Assembly: GCA_937625935.1 (NCBI GenBank) | Contig: OW569356.1 | Coordinates: forward strand, 513,007 to 577,006 | Source: Tetramitus jugosus | Lineage: Eukaryota; Protista; Heterolobosea | Length of the DNA: 64,000 bases | Reading direction: 5' to 3' | In this document: piece after piece, positions 1 through 13,500 of the stretch | Layout: the number at the start of each line of letters is the position of its first letter | Numbering within the stretch: the stretch's first letter is position 1 | Made by a program: the position numbers and the translations under genes | The notes under the pieces: generated by a model | The model's database searches: none | What the model saw: only the letters and a program-made list of their open reading frames with translations | Told to the model about the DNA's origin: nothing

Positions 1-237
1 GACTTCGATAGGAAGAATAAACATCATTTGTTCTAAGAACAGAGGACAATGGTGGTTGCCAGTCCATGTATGAATCAACTGATTTTAACTTGTGAAAATG
101 TAGAATAGTCATAAACAGATCCGTTAACGGTCGGCGGGGTTGGGATCGGAGATATCTTCTTGTTGAACCCGCTCTTCAGCTTTACAACAACAGCAATTGC
201 TTCTGAAACCTAGATACAAACCTACTGATACAACAAA

Positions 238-1127
238 ATGAATGCCATGTCCCTTGATGCAAGATATCTGCTCAACCAAATCAACGACTTGGAGTGCAAG
301 AGAAGAGAGGAACAAGTGACTCTGATCGAAGAGCAAACCAAGCATCAGAGAACAACACAAGAACTGTCTCAAATCAATGAAGAACTAAAGCTTCAACAAT
401 ACAAAACTGAGCAATTAAAGCTAAAGCTTAGTCAATTAGAGTTTCAAGACATTCCAAACCTCAAAAAGAGAGAAGAAGTGCTCAAAGAGACATATCAACT
501 TACCAAGAGTCAAATTGAAGTCACTGAAAAGGATACAAAATTCAAAATGGAGCAATCGGACTGTAAAATGTATGTACTCACATTGTCCAAACAAATACAT
601 TGACCACACATTCGTTAGACTTACACATGAACACTATTTGCAGCAATAATCTGCAACAAGTAGTCAACGAACTGTTGGACAATAAGCAGAAATCCATTGA
701 TTATTGGAACCAATTGGCTTCAGTGAAGCAAATGCATGACCTGGAGCAAAAACTGAAGCAAATGGAGAATGAGTTAAGTTCTCAACTGGAAGCTAGGGAC
801 CAATCGTTGAAACAAATGAAGCATGAGGCCGACCTGCTTGAAAAGACCAATGAAAGGCTCAATAGAGAATTGAGAGACCTTATCATTGAGAAACAAGTAC
901 TTGATGCCAACCAGCCGGACGTTGACAGTTCCACCTTGGCCTTGGAACGACCGGCGCCACACCAAACAACATCCTTGGATAAAAACCAAGCCCAACTTGA
1001 TGAACTTCATAATCAAGTGGAGCAAATCAAGTCCAATAATGAGCAACAAGAACAAACATTTTTGCGACTCGAAAGGTATGTGATGTGTTGTGACGCATTT
1101 CGTTCTGCCATTCTTTGCCGAATTTGA
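238..1127 (+). CDS. Coiled-coil protein of unknown function (at least 2 exons; probable intron ~563-618)
   Basis: Two adjacent E/Q/K/L-rich heptad-like ORFs are joined in frame by a GTAAAA...TTAG intron. True 5' and 3' ends are uncertain. Confidence 0.55.
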
Positions 1128-1530
1128 AGCTCACCCGTTTTTTGATAATTCTTGCGTTAATGCCGATCCGAAACGACCAGTTCCCTCGAGCAAAAGTTGA
1201 ATGGTTGGGTGCGTATGTCTGTTGTGATTGGAGCTGTCGAGTCCGAGCAAATGTGCTCCCAGTGTGTCGCGAAACAAGTGAGAGAATTTTATTCCTCTCC
1301 TGCCGAAGTAGTAGAATAATTGTTCCTGTTCCGAATTCCAATCAAGAAAGCCCGGCGCACCAAGAATACTCGGCCCCTACACTGTCCGTCTCCTCAAACA
1401 ACTTATCATCCCTGGCCAATTTCTTTCATCTCTTCGCCGAGTGCCCGTCAACTCGACCGAACCAAAACCGAACAACTACGACCACATTAAAAAAACAACA
1501 ACCAATCTTTTAATTGAGAGAACACAATCG

Positions 1531-4500
1531 ATGCTTCCTCCTCTCTCCATCACAACAACAACGACAACAGCGGCCACAACAACAAACGCATCACAAACAT
1601 CGACGAGTCACCGCCACAACAACAATAGCCACCTTCTTCAACAGCATCAACAACGCGTGTCTTCACCCACAATAACAACGTCACCACGGAACAGTTTCAT
1701 CGGTCTCCCCTCAGAAAAAAACCCTGGCACCACTCATCACTCGAAAATTATTCAACCAACAACAACAACAACATTGACTACTCATGCGAACAAAAGCCCT
1801 GTTATGATGAACAATCATCACAGGTCATCACCTCCAAATGTTGTCTCTTCACCACCATCAACACCACCATCGTCCTCTGCTCACATGTGTACCACTGAAC
1901 CATCAAGCTGTAGTAGTAGTAGCAGTAACAGTAGTGATGAACCATGTAAAAGTAATGCGTCACTCACGAGTAATCATCATCACTCATCATCCATGTCAAT
2001 GACACCAACAATGACACATCCACAACAAGCAAAAAAATCCATCAATCATTTTTCTCACATGCAGACCAACAATAACAATAACAACAATCATTTTCAACAA
2101 CTTCAACTCATACAACAAATGCAATTACAACAACGTATGCGACACATACAGTCTATTACCCCGCCTCCATTCAATCAATCATCACTCATGATACGAGGAG
2201 CACCTTCTCCATTTCACTCGTCACCTGAGGCACCCAAACAAAATTTTGTGTTTGTGCAGGAACAGCCACAAGAAGACTATCATTTTGTTGAGAATCGACC
2301 AACACTATATCAACAACATCAACAACAACAACAACAGAGTGTGACTCACATGAATGGACGTTCATGGCAATCGACAACACCACTTGTATCACAACAGCAA
2401 CAGCAATCACTTAACAGTGGTCATCACATGAGTGCTGGTATCAATGGTCAACAACAACAACAACAGTTTATGTCATCATTACCTTCTCCATCATCATTAC
2501 CTTCGCCATCATCATCATCACCATTACCACCATCTGCTACACTACCGACAATGGCGACAACAACCACTACTCTATTGTCTCCACCACCACCACCACCACC
2601 ACAGCAACTACAATGGAATCAAAAGGCATTATCATCGACATCCTCTTTGACTTCACCTTCTATAATGATGATGATGGCTACAGCAGGAACAACACCTCGT
2701 TCAATGACTGCTGCTGCCTCACCAATACCAAATACTCACCACTCACATCACAACCATCATCAGAATCATAGTATGAGTCATGGCATCTCATTGTCACAAC
2801 CATCATCAACAACATCACTATCAACACCACCACCACCATCAACAACAACAGCAGCAGCGGCAGGTAATTCAGGTATGGTCATTGCCAATTCACCTCTTCT
2901 CGCTTCAAACGGAGTGAGAACAAGCACACCAACAATGATCACCACACCACCTACTATTGCTACGCCGACACCTCATAACAATCATACGAATACTAACAAT
3001 AATAGAAATGGGTTGTTGAATCACGCATCAAGCATTACTCCTCCACCACCAAACAGAATCAACAACAATAATAACAACAACAACAACAACAACAACAATT
3101 CAAGTAACAGTAGTCAAGAAAATTCTTCACCATTTATTATCGAGGTAGTGAGACCAAAGGACAAACCAGAGTACACGAGAATATGGGAGAAGAAGAATTC
3201 GTTGGGCAGTGGAGGATTCGCGCAAGTGTATCGATTGTCATTGACTGGCACACCGTATTCCTATGCAGCGAAAATTATTGAAAAAAAGACGTTGATTAGT
3301 GAGAAGAACAGGCAAATGGCTCAGAATGAAATTTTGATTCACAAGTCAATGAGTCATCCCAATATTGTCAAGTATGAGCATTCGTTCCTATCTGGCAATC
3401 AAGTGTTCATCTTGTTGGAGTTGTGTGATTGCAGTGTATGTTTGGCCTTTGTTTTTTTTTTGTGTTTGTTGTTGTAAGAGTTTATTGTAATTGACACATT
3501 AACATTTTTTTTTTTGAAATTGAAACAACCAGACATTGAAAGATCTGGTCAAGAGGAGACGATTGAACGAGAGTCAAGCCAAATTCTATCTGAGACAAAT
3601 TTTGTTGGCAGTCATTTACATGCACGACAATGGTGTGATACATCGAGACTTGAAGATTGGTAACATGTTTCTCACAAACAATTTCACCACGTTAAAGATT
3701 GGTGACTTTGGTTTGTCGATGGCACATGACAAGCCGGATCCATGTGCTTCGACCATTGTGGGCACACCCAACTATTTGGCTCCAGAGATTTTGAACCGAG
3801 GTGGTTATCACAAGACTGGTGATATATGGTCCATTGGATGTTGCTTGTATGCGATGCTGTATGGAAAACCTCCATTTGACTCACCCGATGTCAAAACAAC
3901 CTATCGCAACATCAAGAATCGTCTCTTTGGATTCTCGTCCGATGTGGTCGTGAGTCCTGAAGCAAGAAGTTTGATTGATCGATGCTTGAGTCACGATCCA
4001 ATGCGCAGACCCACGTGCAATGAGATACTGTCTGATGAATTCTTCAAATTGAGCCTACCACCGTCCATTTCACCCATGAGTGGCAACATGAGTATGATGA
4101 TGGGTGGTAGCAGTGCGAGTGCAAGCTCCAGTGGTGGCAGCAGCTCTTCAACAGTACATCATCATCATCATGGTAACAATCAGAACCACAACAGCAACAG
4201 TAATGGTATATCTAGGAATAGTCCTCCATATGGAAACGGACTTTTATCACCTGTTGATCCTAGGCAGTTACCTTCACCTACAGTTTCTCCATTGGTTCGT
4301 TCGATGAACTCTTATGCGCCATCAACGTCCAATAGCAATCAAAACAAGCTAGCAAAGCCAAACAAGATGCGAAGAGTGATGCAACCCAATACCCTGCAGA
4401 GCTATCTCTTGACACAAAGTCCATCACCTACCCACTCAAACATGATGAATGACTCAGTATGTGTTACAGTGCCTCCTGATTCCAAAAACAATCAGATGTG

Positions 4501-4597
4501 CACACCACTGCTCCTGTCGTACGTGCATAGTCGATTTGTTGATCGATTAGACACTGGTGATACCTCTATTGTCTATCATTCACGTCGCAGACTGTAA
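1531..4597 (+). CDS. Polo-like Ser/Thr kinase with long low-complexity N-terminus (intron 3436-3532)
   Basis: Kinase motifs GSGGFAQVY, YAAKII, HRDLKIGNMFL, DFG and GTPNYLAPE, which are PLK-type. The GTATGT...CAG intron restores LELCDCS|TLKDLVKRR. Confidence 0.85.
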
Positions 4598-4932
4598 CTC
4601 TAACCCCTCGTCTGATCTCCAAGTATTTATTGGTTTCGATGTGCGAGTTTGAATAACAACGCAAAGCGGAACTAAACGATGAATGACAAGACATTTACCA
4701 ATGTTTCATTTTCAATACAGTAAAGATCAACGTTCATTGGATGTATTCACAACCAACACCTTCTATTAATAGAACAGGCACCAAGCAAACACCAAAACAA
4801 AACAACCAACATCGCACGAATCACTCAGGTATGCAAAGGTGTGCGCGAACCAAGCATTTCTTCTCCATTCTCCCCCACAATAGAATCAGCACCAACAACA
4901 AGTCCTGCTTTTCCACTCCCATATCCCATCGT

Positions 4933-5313
4933 ATGATGTCATCTTCCACAAGTTCAAAGATACAAGTGAGTCCAGTGGTTCACGACGCAAGGAATCAAAG
5001 ATTTACATGTGATCTGGCGATCCCTTCCTCAAGTGCAGCTGAATCAACAGTCACAAAGGGTCAAGGAATTCTCTCGTATCAAGTGCTTTCCAAGTCCAAT
5101 GATCAAGCACCGCTATCTGTAGAGTACGATCACGTTGAAATTCCAGTTGAATTCAAGGGACATGATCTGGGCAAGGTCTTAGCAAATGCTGCATTCGGGC
5201 ATGCAAAGCAAAATAACTGGAGAGTCAAGGTCACTTGTCCCTATTTGGTGCGCAAGTACATTACATTGGATGAAGTCAAGCAAAAGTATGGCCAGAACAT
5301 CATGAATGAATAA
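4933..5313 (+). CDS. Small GNAT-fold protein, YjdJ/NATD1-like
   Basis: VVHD...RF, LSY, YDHVEIPVEFKGHDLGKVLANAAF and VTCPYL match the HTxVP...GxGxxL...CxY pattern of this family. Confidence 0.75.
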   Translation: MMSSSTSSKIQVSPVVHDARNQRFTCDLAIPSSSAAESTVTKGQGILSYQVLSKSNDQAPLSVEYDHVEIPVEFKGHDLGKVLANAAFGHAKQNNWRVKVTCPYLVRKYITLDEVKQKYGQNIMNE

Positions 5314-5472
5314 ATTAACGAGATTGTTGTCAATTCATTGTAAACAGGCGTTAGGAGAGTCATCTGTCAGGGTGTTTCCTGAAGTTCCATCCGAACAGTG
5401 TTCCAAGGACCGAACTTCTTAAAAAACGCGAAAAACAAAGAAGAAAAGTTCTGGTCCAAACAAAGGTCAGAA

Positions 5473-6210
5473 ATGCAAGAAGAACAAACCACCAATTTGT
5501 TGTTTGATTCGTTTGCTAACATCCATGTACAAGTCATTGCACCCGGTCTTGTTTGTATGAAGGGAGCTCTTTCATCAGAGCAACAAATCTGGTTGGCGTC
5601 CTATGCTATGAGTGCTGGCTCAAGAGAAAAGAGTGGGTTTTGGTTGCCACAATCGACCTCTGACACCGAGAAGCCACGAGTTCTGAATAGTGATGAATTC
5701 CGCGGTCGAATTTACGATGATATTGAGAATTTTCCAGATAGCCCAAAAGTTCAAACTCTGTGTCACTCGTTGGTGAACAGAGCTCGTGAGTGTGATAATA
5801 GGATGCCACAAATGGATCCTACTCATCTTTTGTTGCTCTACTACGCATCAGCTGATGGTATGGAATGGCATTCAGACAGTGATGTAAACGATGGAAACAA
5901 TGATCATCCAATCGTTAGCATTACTATTGGAAATTCAAGTGATTTTGGTTTTAAATTGACAGGTAAACCTGCACAGACAATTCGACTCGATTCAGGCGAT
6001 GTTTTGATATGGGGAGGTCCGAATAGAATGTTGTATCACTGTGTGGAGCGAGTATACAAAGGAACGGTGCCTGAATACTTGAAGCATATTGTACCTGATG
6101 CTCGACTCAACTTTACCTACAGAGATGCACCCAATGTACGAGGAAGAGAGAACGAATTCAAGTATAACCTGGGTGGCTTCAACATCGCAGAATCGACCAA
6201 CCCCAATTAG
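5473..6210 (+). CDS. AlkB-family 2-oxoglutarate/Fe(II) dioxygenase
   Basis: MEWHSD (HxD), PIVSITIG, LDSGDVLIWGG, YH and RLNFTYR. Confidence 0.85.
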   Translation: MQEEQTTNLLFDSFANIHVQVIAPGLVCMKGALSSEQQIWLASYAMSAGSREKSGFWLPQSTSDTEKPRVLNSDEFRGRIYDDIENFPDSPKVQTLCHSLVNRARECDNRMPQMDPTHLLLLYYASADGMEWHSDSDVNDGNNDHPIVSITIGNSSDFGFKLTGKPAQTIRLDSGDVLIWGGPNRMLYHCVERVYKGTVPEYLKHIVPDARLNFTYRDAPNVRGRENEFKYNLGGFNIAESTNPN

Positions 6211-6805
6211 ATATGGACCGATCCCCGTACAACGAATGATCGACATCAACTTAAAGCTACATTACACATCGACCACAAACGTCAGCGATCGTGACTGCCG
6301 GATACCCTAAGCCGCACCATCTGTGAAAAAAAGGGTATCTTTCTCTGTAAACAGGGTGCGGAGTAATGATCTAGACCCCGAAAAAAAAATGTCACATGTC
6401 GATTCCGTCACGTCATTTGTCTAGCACGAGTTGTCTGCATGTCACGTTTCATACCCACCAATGACCAGCAACATTCTCCCATGTATTAAGCCACGAAGAA
6501 GAACCAACCCTCAAGGGACACTCTTTTTTTCGCTTTCTTTCTTGATTTTGTCCAAACACCAACAAAAAAAATCTCATCCACCGAAAGCCCCAAAGCAACA
6601 AACTAGTGAAGAAGAGCAACCCTGCAAAATTGAGTTCTGCTGCAAGGTGAATTTCCCCAAGCAAAACAAAACATCATCTTCTTGTTCTTTTCACTTTGAA
6701 CTCTTCGCCGGCAGTCCACAACAACAACACAAAAAAAGCAAACCAACAAACCAACAAACAACAAAAAGCTACGACGACTACTACTACTACTAACTAGATA
6801 TACAT

Positions 6806-9322
6806 ATGAGCTCATACTCTTCATCTCCCTATTTCAGTAGTTCATTGACTGCCGATGGTGACCTTCATCTGATGAGTCATAGTCACAATAGCAACCATGG
6901 TGCACTGTCTGACATGGACTGGCAAGAAGAAACCAAAAATTTGATTGTAAAGCACATTGAGAACAAGCACTGTGCAGATTGTTTGGCCACAGAGACCGAA
7001 TGGGCATCCATCAATCTCGGTATTTTTGTCTGCATCAACTGCTCTGGTGTTCATCGTTCTTTGGGCACACACGTCTCCAAAGTTCGCAGTATTACGCTCG
7101 ATCAAACAGTTTGGAACCGCGAAATTTACAATTTGATGAACAGTCGGGGAAATCACATCTCCAACAGCTATTGGGAGTGTAATGCGCTGCCGTTTGAGAA
7201 ACCGTTGGCTCAAGACCCGTATCACTACCGTCAACGATACATTGAGAACAAGTATGCAAACAAAAAATTTGTAGCTTCACCGTCCAATATTAGCTATAAG
7301 CTTGAACGTGATTTTTCAATTGATCTTGTCAATGCGAGAGGCATGATTACAAAGCAGGGTGGCACGAGGAAGAATTGGAGACGAAGATATGCTGTTCTCA
7401 ATGGAAACATTCTCAATTATTTTGTAGATGAGCACGACAGTTATCCCAAGGGCTCACTAGAGCTCATGCACGATCACATGATTGTATTTGTAGATGAGGA
7501 TGATGCGCGCATCACGGCTGGCGGCACAGGTCCCAACAGAAAAAATTGTTTTGCCATTGTGACCAAGCAGAGAAATTATTATATTTGTTGTGAGCAGGAG
7601 GAGCAGGCAGCCAAGTGGGTCTATGCTCTGAGAGCAGCAGTGTACTTTACCAATTTGAGAGATGTGCTCAATGATCCTCGAAACTTTTTGAGAGGCGGTG
7701 AGAGCAAGAGTGTGGAAAAGGTTGGTTTTCTCAAGAAGCAAGGCGGCGGTTGGGCCAGTATCAAGAAACGATACTTTAGACTGAAGAATAACAAGTTGGC
7801 GTACTACAAGTCAGAGAAGGAACTGGAGCCAATTGATGAGATTGATCTCAAAGGTGTCAAGATTTCAAACATTTCTCAAAACAGCAAAGACAAGAAACTG
7901 CAGTTCAGTATTATGCTGTCCACCAACACAAGACAATACTTTTTCTATGCAGAGAATGCAGTGGAGCAAAAATCGTGGATTGATGCGCTACAGGCCGTAG
8001 CCAACACTGTGAGTGATCTTCAGTTGGTTCAAGCCAAGAGTTCTGCCATTCATAATTTGATTTTGAATCGTATGATTCATGGCAAGGATCGAAAGGATGA
8101 CAAATCCATCATTACGCCACACTCGCCCATGATGTGGAAGACTATTAGTTTCCACCGATGCAAGCCAATGGACTCAACCTTCCTTGCTCGAATAGAAGAG
8201 TGCTATGGAACGAGCATTGGTCACGCCGAAAGAGCTAACGATACATCCACTAGCTCCTCTCGGTCCAACTCTCTTTGCTCTCCTCTCAGTCCAATCGACA
8301 ATTATTCCTCCAGTCCATTGATGTCCAGCTCGCCAGCTCTCACCGAGACAATGAGAGCAAGAAAGGTTAGCTTGCGAATGTCTGTGGAGCACTCTGCTAA
8401 CATGAGACCTCAATCGCTCTCGGCATCCAGCCCTGATCTATCGTCTAACATCAGAAACTCTATGCCATCTATCCCTAGTAACGTACTCAAGAAGCAAACG
8501 TTCGTTGGAGGTGAGAATTTTGTTGTTCAAGAAGAGTTCTCCAAGGTGCAACTGTCGAATAAGAATAGGTTGTTGCCAAAGAAGAACAAGGATGAAGATC
8601 CAGTGATCATTATGAGTAGTAGATTGTTGCCACATAGCAAGGAAGAAGACAGCGATGACGACGATTTAGAAGATCTGAATGCTCTCATCTCTGATTCTCT
8701 AAAGGTTGCCCAGATGGGAACCAATACATCTTCTAGCGAAGACCAATCACCTAAGAAGATTGAGGTGGTTGCAACAGAGGATGAGGAATATGAATCTGAT
8801 GTCGACTTGGACAGCGATAAGCAAGATATGAGAGAGGAGAGCTTGTCTGACGAGGAGGAGATTGAAATTAAGGCCATACCGTTGCGCAAACCATATTCAC
8901 CAGATAACTCATTGTCAAAAGCAGTGATTGAACAAGTTGATATACAATCCGAAGATGATCAGAGCAATGATTATGAAGAGGAAGAACCTGTGCTGATACT
9001 TAACTCACCTGAACCTGAACCTGAAGAAGAGCCCGAAGAACCTGAAGAAGACAGCTCAGACGACCTCGGAAGTTCCGATGATGAATATGATGAGGACGAT
9101 GACGCCGAACCAGAGATTATCATGGGTCAATTCACCACAGAGGACATATCAGCCACCGCGTTTCCCGATATGGATCAGCCAATCGTGAGAAAGGCCAGCG
9201 TACTCATACCTAGTATGAACCTAACATGCAACAAAAAACCGAAGGGTATGACATCTTTCAGAAAGATGCACACATTCATGCAACCAACATTGCAAGATTG
9301 CGGCGTCCCAGTTCTAGACTAG
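6806..9322 (+). CDS. ArfGAP with two PH domains (ADAP/centaurin-alpha-like) and acidic C-terminal tail
   Basis: CADC...WASINLGIFVCINCSGVHRSLGTHVSKVRS zinc finger. Two PH domains begin GMITKQGGTRKNWRRRY and GFLKKQGGGWASIKKRYF. Confidence 0.92.
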   Translation: MSSYSSSPYFSSSLTADGDLHLMSHSHNSNHGALSDMDWQEETKNLIVKHIENKHCADCLATETEWASINLGIFVCINCSGVHRSLGTHVSKVRSITLDQTVWNREIYNLMNSRGNHISNSYWECNALPFEKPLAQDPYHYRQRYIENKYANKKFVASPSNISYKLERDFSIDLVNARGMITKQGGTRKNWRRRYAVLNGNILNYFVDEHDSYPKGSLELMHDHMIVFVDEDDARITAGGTGPNRKNCFAIVTKQRNYYICCEQEEQAAKWVYALRAAVYFTNLRDVLNDPRNFLRGGESKSVEKVGFLKKQGGGWASIKKRYFRLKNNKLAYYKSEKELEPIDEIDLKGVKISNISQNSKDKKLQFSIMLSTNTRQYFFYAENAVEQKSWIDALQAVANTVSDLQLVQAKSSAIHNLILNRMIHGKDRKDDKSIITPHSPMMWKTISFHRCKPMDSTFLARIEECYGTSIGHAERANDTSTSSSRSNSLCSPLSPIDNYSSSPLMSSSPALTETMRARKVSLRMSVEHSANMRPQSLSASSPDLSSNIRNSMPSIPSNVLKKQTFVGGENFVVQEEFSKVQLSNKNRLLPKKNKDEDPVIIMSSRLLPHSKEEDSDDDDLEDLNALISDSLKVAQMGTNTSSSEDQSPKKIEVVATEDEEYESDVDLDSDKQDMREESLSDEEEIEIKAIPLRKPYSPDNSLSKAVIEQVDIQSEDDQSNDYEEEEPVLILNSPEPEPEEEPEEPEEDSSDDLGSSDDEYDEDDDAEPEIIMGQFTTEDISATAFPDMDQPIVRKASVLIPSMNLTCNKKPKGMTSFRKMHTFMQPTLQDCGVPVLD

Positions 9323-9339
9323 AATAAATCGTTTGTTTA

Positions 9340-10272
9340 TTACTTTGTTGGATTGAATACATCGTAGACAGCAGCAAAGTCACCACTTGCGCCAGATGAG
9401 GTATCTGTCTCTGTTTTCTTGAAGAGTGTCAACAGAGTGTGAATCAATTCAGAGTTTACTCCTTGCTCTTCAGCCAACTCCTCAATGCATTCAAGGTCCT
9501 TCACCATACCGCTGGCAGTAAAATTTGGATCCGCATAGTCTCTGCTAGCCATTCTAGGAGCCTTCGCTTCAATGTACTTGAAATGGAAAGCACTGTTGCG
9601 AACAATGTCCAGGAATTGATCCATATCTAGCTCGTTGCGACTGACCATCGCGAGTGCATTGCCCAACACAGCAGTCAACGATCCAACCATAAAGTTCATT
9701 GTCAACTTCATCTTTGCTGCCTTGTCAACTGTTCCAATATGTCTGACTGTACCCAAAGGCTCCAAAAGCTTATCCTTGACAATGGCATCGGCTTGTTCCT
9801 TTGTGGCGCCTAGAAGGCACTGTAAATTACCGGCCTGAGCAACAGTGTTAGTTCCCAGAACGGGACAGATCAAGAATTGAGCACCTGCTTGTTCCGAGAG
9901 AACCCTGAGTTTTTCATTTTGATCCACACTGATTGTGCTCATTTGGACAATGACCTTGTTGCGAAGGGCTTTGCTGTGATCTGCCTGATCTGATGAAGGG
10001 AACAAGGTGTTCACAATGGATTCGTAGTCGAACAACATGATCATGACATAGAGATCTGAGGCTTGGATAGCTTCTATAGCAGAAGAGTAGGCCTTGATAG
10101 AGGAGCTGCCCGATCTCTTTTCCAGATCCGTGGCCTTTTGAGTGCTTCGATTCCAAATGTGGAGCTTGAAGCCATGGTTGCTTCCTGCGATTCTTTCAGC
10201 CATTGGGGCACCCATGGTACCAATACCAAGGAACGCAACATTTTTAGTTGGATGGTCTTGTGTTGAGCTCAT
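9340..10272 (-). CDS. NAD(P)-dependent beta-hydroxyacid dehydrogenase (3-hydroxyisobutyrate DH / glyoxylate reductase family)
   Basis: VAFLGIGTMGAPMA, WNRS, QMSTIS, CPVLG, KMKLTMN and KDL motifs. Confidence 0.88.
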   Translation of the reverse strand: MSSTQDHPTKNVAFLGIGTMGAPMAERIAGSNHGFKLHIWNRSTQKATDLEKRSGSSSIKAYSSAIEAIQASDLYVMIMLFDYESIVNTLFPSSDQADHSKALRNKVIVQMSTISVDQNEKLRVLSEQAGAQFLICPVLGTNTVAQAGNLQCLLGATKEQADAIVKDKLLEPLGTVRHIGTVDKAAKMKLTMNFMVGSLTAVLGNALAMVSRNELDMDQFLDIVRNSAFHFKYIEAKAPRMASRDYADPNFTASGMVKDLECIEELAEEQGVNSELIHTLLTLFKKTETDTSSGASGDFAAVYDVFNPTK

Positions 10273-10576
10273 TTGTTCTTGTTTGGAGTAGTTGCCTGGC
10301 AAGCGATCTCTCCAAAAACACTTCAAAAACAAATCATCTCCACGATAAATACCAACGGATAATTATTGTTTGAATATCCCGATAGTGAGGCGCACTCTGA
10401 CGAAGGCTCGGTAGTGCACTACAGCTCAATGTTGGATTTCATCATCGCTTGATTTCGACCCCTTCCAAATGTTTTGAGCTCTTCCGAAAGCAGTTTTTAG
10501 AGCTCACAGTTTGTTTTGATAACTACAGTCTTCGTCTTTGAGATCACAAAAACGCAGATACTCACTAGACAACAGG

Positions 10577-13500
10577 ATGAATAGCAGCACTGTTGATTTG
10601 TTGAGTTCTAAAAGTTCTTTGATTGGGAAGCGAGGATGTGGAGACACAGAATCACAAACGAACACAGAAGGGAGTGCAACTCTGAGCCATGTGATGGATA
10701 CTAGTAGTTTCATGCATGTAATTCAGAGTTCTCTAGCTTTCTCTTGGTTGATGTCTTTTCGATTGAAACCGAATTGGTTCATCTATAATGGATTTACAAT
10801 TTGGCAGCTCCTCCTGGCAATACCTCTGGTACGATCTAAATGTCTTGTTTCCTGCTTTTTATCGGTTCTTCGACTTACCTTTCCATATGAATAGACAGTC
10901 CCACCAGAGTTGCAATGGGGAAGCCCTTTCCGAGAGGTTTTTACAATTTTCTATGCCTTGAGGAACTTTGGCTTACAATATGCCAATTTGATGACCTTTA
11001 AGGTTTTGTTGGGGGTTTTCACTGGGATCTATGCGATACTGTTCTTGTTAATGATCACAAGTGTTATGGCTTTTTGGCAAGGGAGAATATTCTTCCAAAA
11101 ACTTCGAAAGTTTATTATCTACCCCGCTATTGTATTTACATTCTTCACAATTCCTCTAACATTTGGATTTCAGGTACTCATTGATTGTCACGATGGAAAT
11201 TTAAGAAGATTCCAAAATTTGACTTGCTTTGGGAATGAAATGATGGTGTGGTCGGTGTTGTCCATAGTGTGTCTCGTCGCTCACTTTGGTTTGACCATAT
11301 TAGTTCTGCATAGCATGATAGTGACTGCGGTAGGGCCTCGGGGCTGTTTTTTCTCTATAGAGTCTCAAGCCTTTGTAATGGTATGTACGTTACTGTTCCT
11401 TTCCGTTGGAATATAGAAATATTAACACTATCCACAGTTCGATTTTGGAACAATCTTACTATTCGTATCCATCGAATTTCTTTTTACGAAAGTGAGTTTC
11501 CTCCGACCTTTGGTGTTAATAGTTCAACCAATGATAGCAATAGTTTTTCTTCTCTATCGACTTCCTTACTACCGAAGGTTAGCAAACAGTGTCCATTGCG
11601 GATTTCTTTTTGCTCGATTGACTGTAAGTACAACATTCTTTGGTTCGTTGTTGAACATTTGGTAACAATGGAACTCGCTTCTATGAAATCAGATGAGTAT
11701 TGTAAGTTTGATTGGACCTGTGGTTAATGATAAGGATAAAAACATACCTGGGATTGTAGCTGGTTCGATTGCTATCGCTTCGTTCATCTTTGGATTTGGG
11801 TTAGGAGCGGGAATTGTTGAACTGTATGGTCGACTTGTTGTTTGGAAAGCAAGCAAATTTGAACAAAACCTTAAGAATCACGAATTCGATAAGATTAACT
11901 TGTTCTTTACTGAAATGTATGGTCGACTAGCTCTTGGAATGTCGGATGAAGAAAGACTACGGGCTGAAAAAGTAATGAAGTTATGTGTTCTCAACAATAT
12001 TGAGAGTGCTTCTCTCTATATTGCTATGGCTGTTCATAATGCTTACTTCCACAAAGAAAGTCCTCGCAACTCACAGCAACTTCTTCGGAAAGCCTATGGA
12101 TGTAGGCCAAGTCTTCTCGTTCGATTATTGATACTGTACAGAAACAGCGATTTTGAAGAAGAACTCGGCGAGGAGAGAAGTTCCAATGTTAAAGTGTTTT
12201 CTTTACTCGCAAGGGGAAAGAAGAAGCAGAAGGACTACTTCTCCAACATTCGGGCGTTCTGGAAGAACATTTTAGAGAAAAAAATAGATCAAAAAGCAGT
12301 GGAGCGAGCTGCAATTGCACTAACTCGCAATGCAGAAGAGTTGGACAAGTTGTATTCTTCACTCTATGAACAATTTCCAAAGAATCCCAATGTTCTCAGA
12401 AGTTATGCAGAGTTTAAGGAAACGGTTGCCTGGGATAATCAGGCGGCAAATTCTTTTAGGGAGGAGGCTGATAATTTGGAAGCTCAATTCGAGAGAGCAC
12501 AGAGAAGGAAGAGATTAACATTTCAGACAAAATCCGAGCTCCCATATTCTGTGCATCAAAACAGAGTAACCCCAGTGGATGATGTTGATCCTTCGGTTGG
12601 TGTTGAGTCTTCAGATGCTGAGGCTCGCAATGAAGATGATGGTTTAATGGATGCCGTAGAAAAGAAAGACAATATCCTTGACATTATACAGGAAGGAGAT
12701 AGTATGTCAGATGTGTCTCAACATGTATCACAACTAGAAACAACAAAGAATGCGATCATGACGCCCAAGAGTCAACGTGTTTTGATGGGTGGGATTGGCT
12801 CTCTTATGTCTTTCCTGAGTATTATCCTCGTGGTCGTGTTATTGATGAACATCTTTGGAATGGATCAACCACAAACAAAGAAAATCATGGATGCGTGCCA
12901 GATGCAAGCAGCTTCGTACGACATTCTCTCTAGCTGGAGGCAAATTCATAAGGAAGGATCATTTCGATCAATTCAGAGAAACGAAACTTCTGATCTCATT
13001 AACGCTATCAAATCGCGAGTAGTGATACTGTACGACACAGTAATGTCTAACCAAGAGTCAACTGCAGGCCACAATTCTCAACCGAGCAAGAAGCTACTCT
13101 CTTCCACTCTTGTTCCTGTCACTGTTCCTATAGTCCCATCAAATACTACAATAGACCGATATCCTTGGAATTCAACGGTAGCAGACCTAGGTATGGACTT
13201 TTTTTGAAAAGTTTCATGGACATGGATTTTCGATACTAACTTCGTCAACTTAGTTAAGCAATACTACCGATCAGTAGTGGAAACGCATGAAGAAAATGTG
13301 TTCCAAACAATTAATTCTTTCAATTTTATGTTTGTGTGGTACAACCGTCGAATAGTCGCAGATAAGTTGGAGACGTACTGCTCTCAATATTATATCGGTA
13401 TGTAGACATTAAGAAACAATCTTTTAACTACTTAAATCGCTCCTCAACTGACTGTTGTTGACCAGAGTATCAGGAAAATCGAAAAACTCATACATCTGTG

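Noticed and set aside
10397-10490. CTGACGA hammerhead-like core in a divergent promoter gap
   Set aside because: No stem II followed by GAAA in the required position.
13190-13255. Apparent premature stop or frameshift in the cyclase (DLGMDFF*)
   Set aside because: Explained by a canonical GTATGG...CTAAC...TAG intron at 13191-13253.
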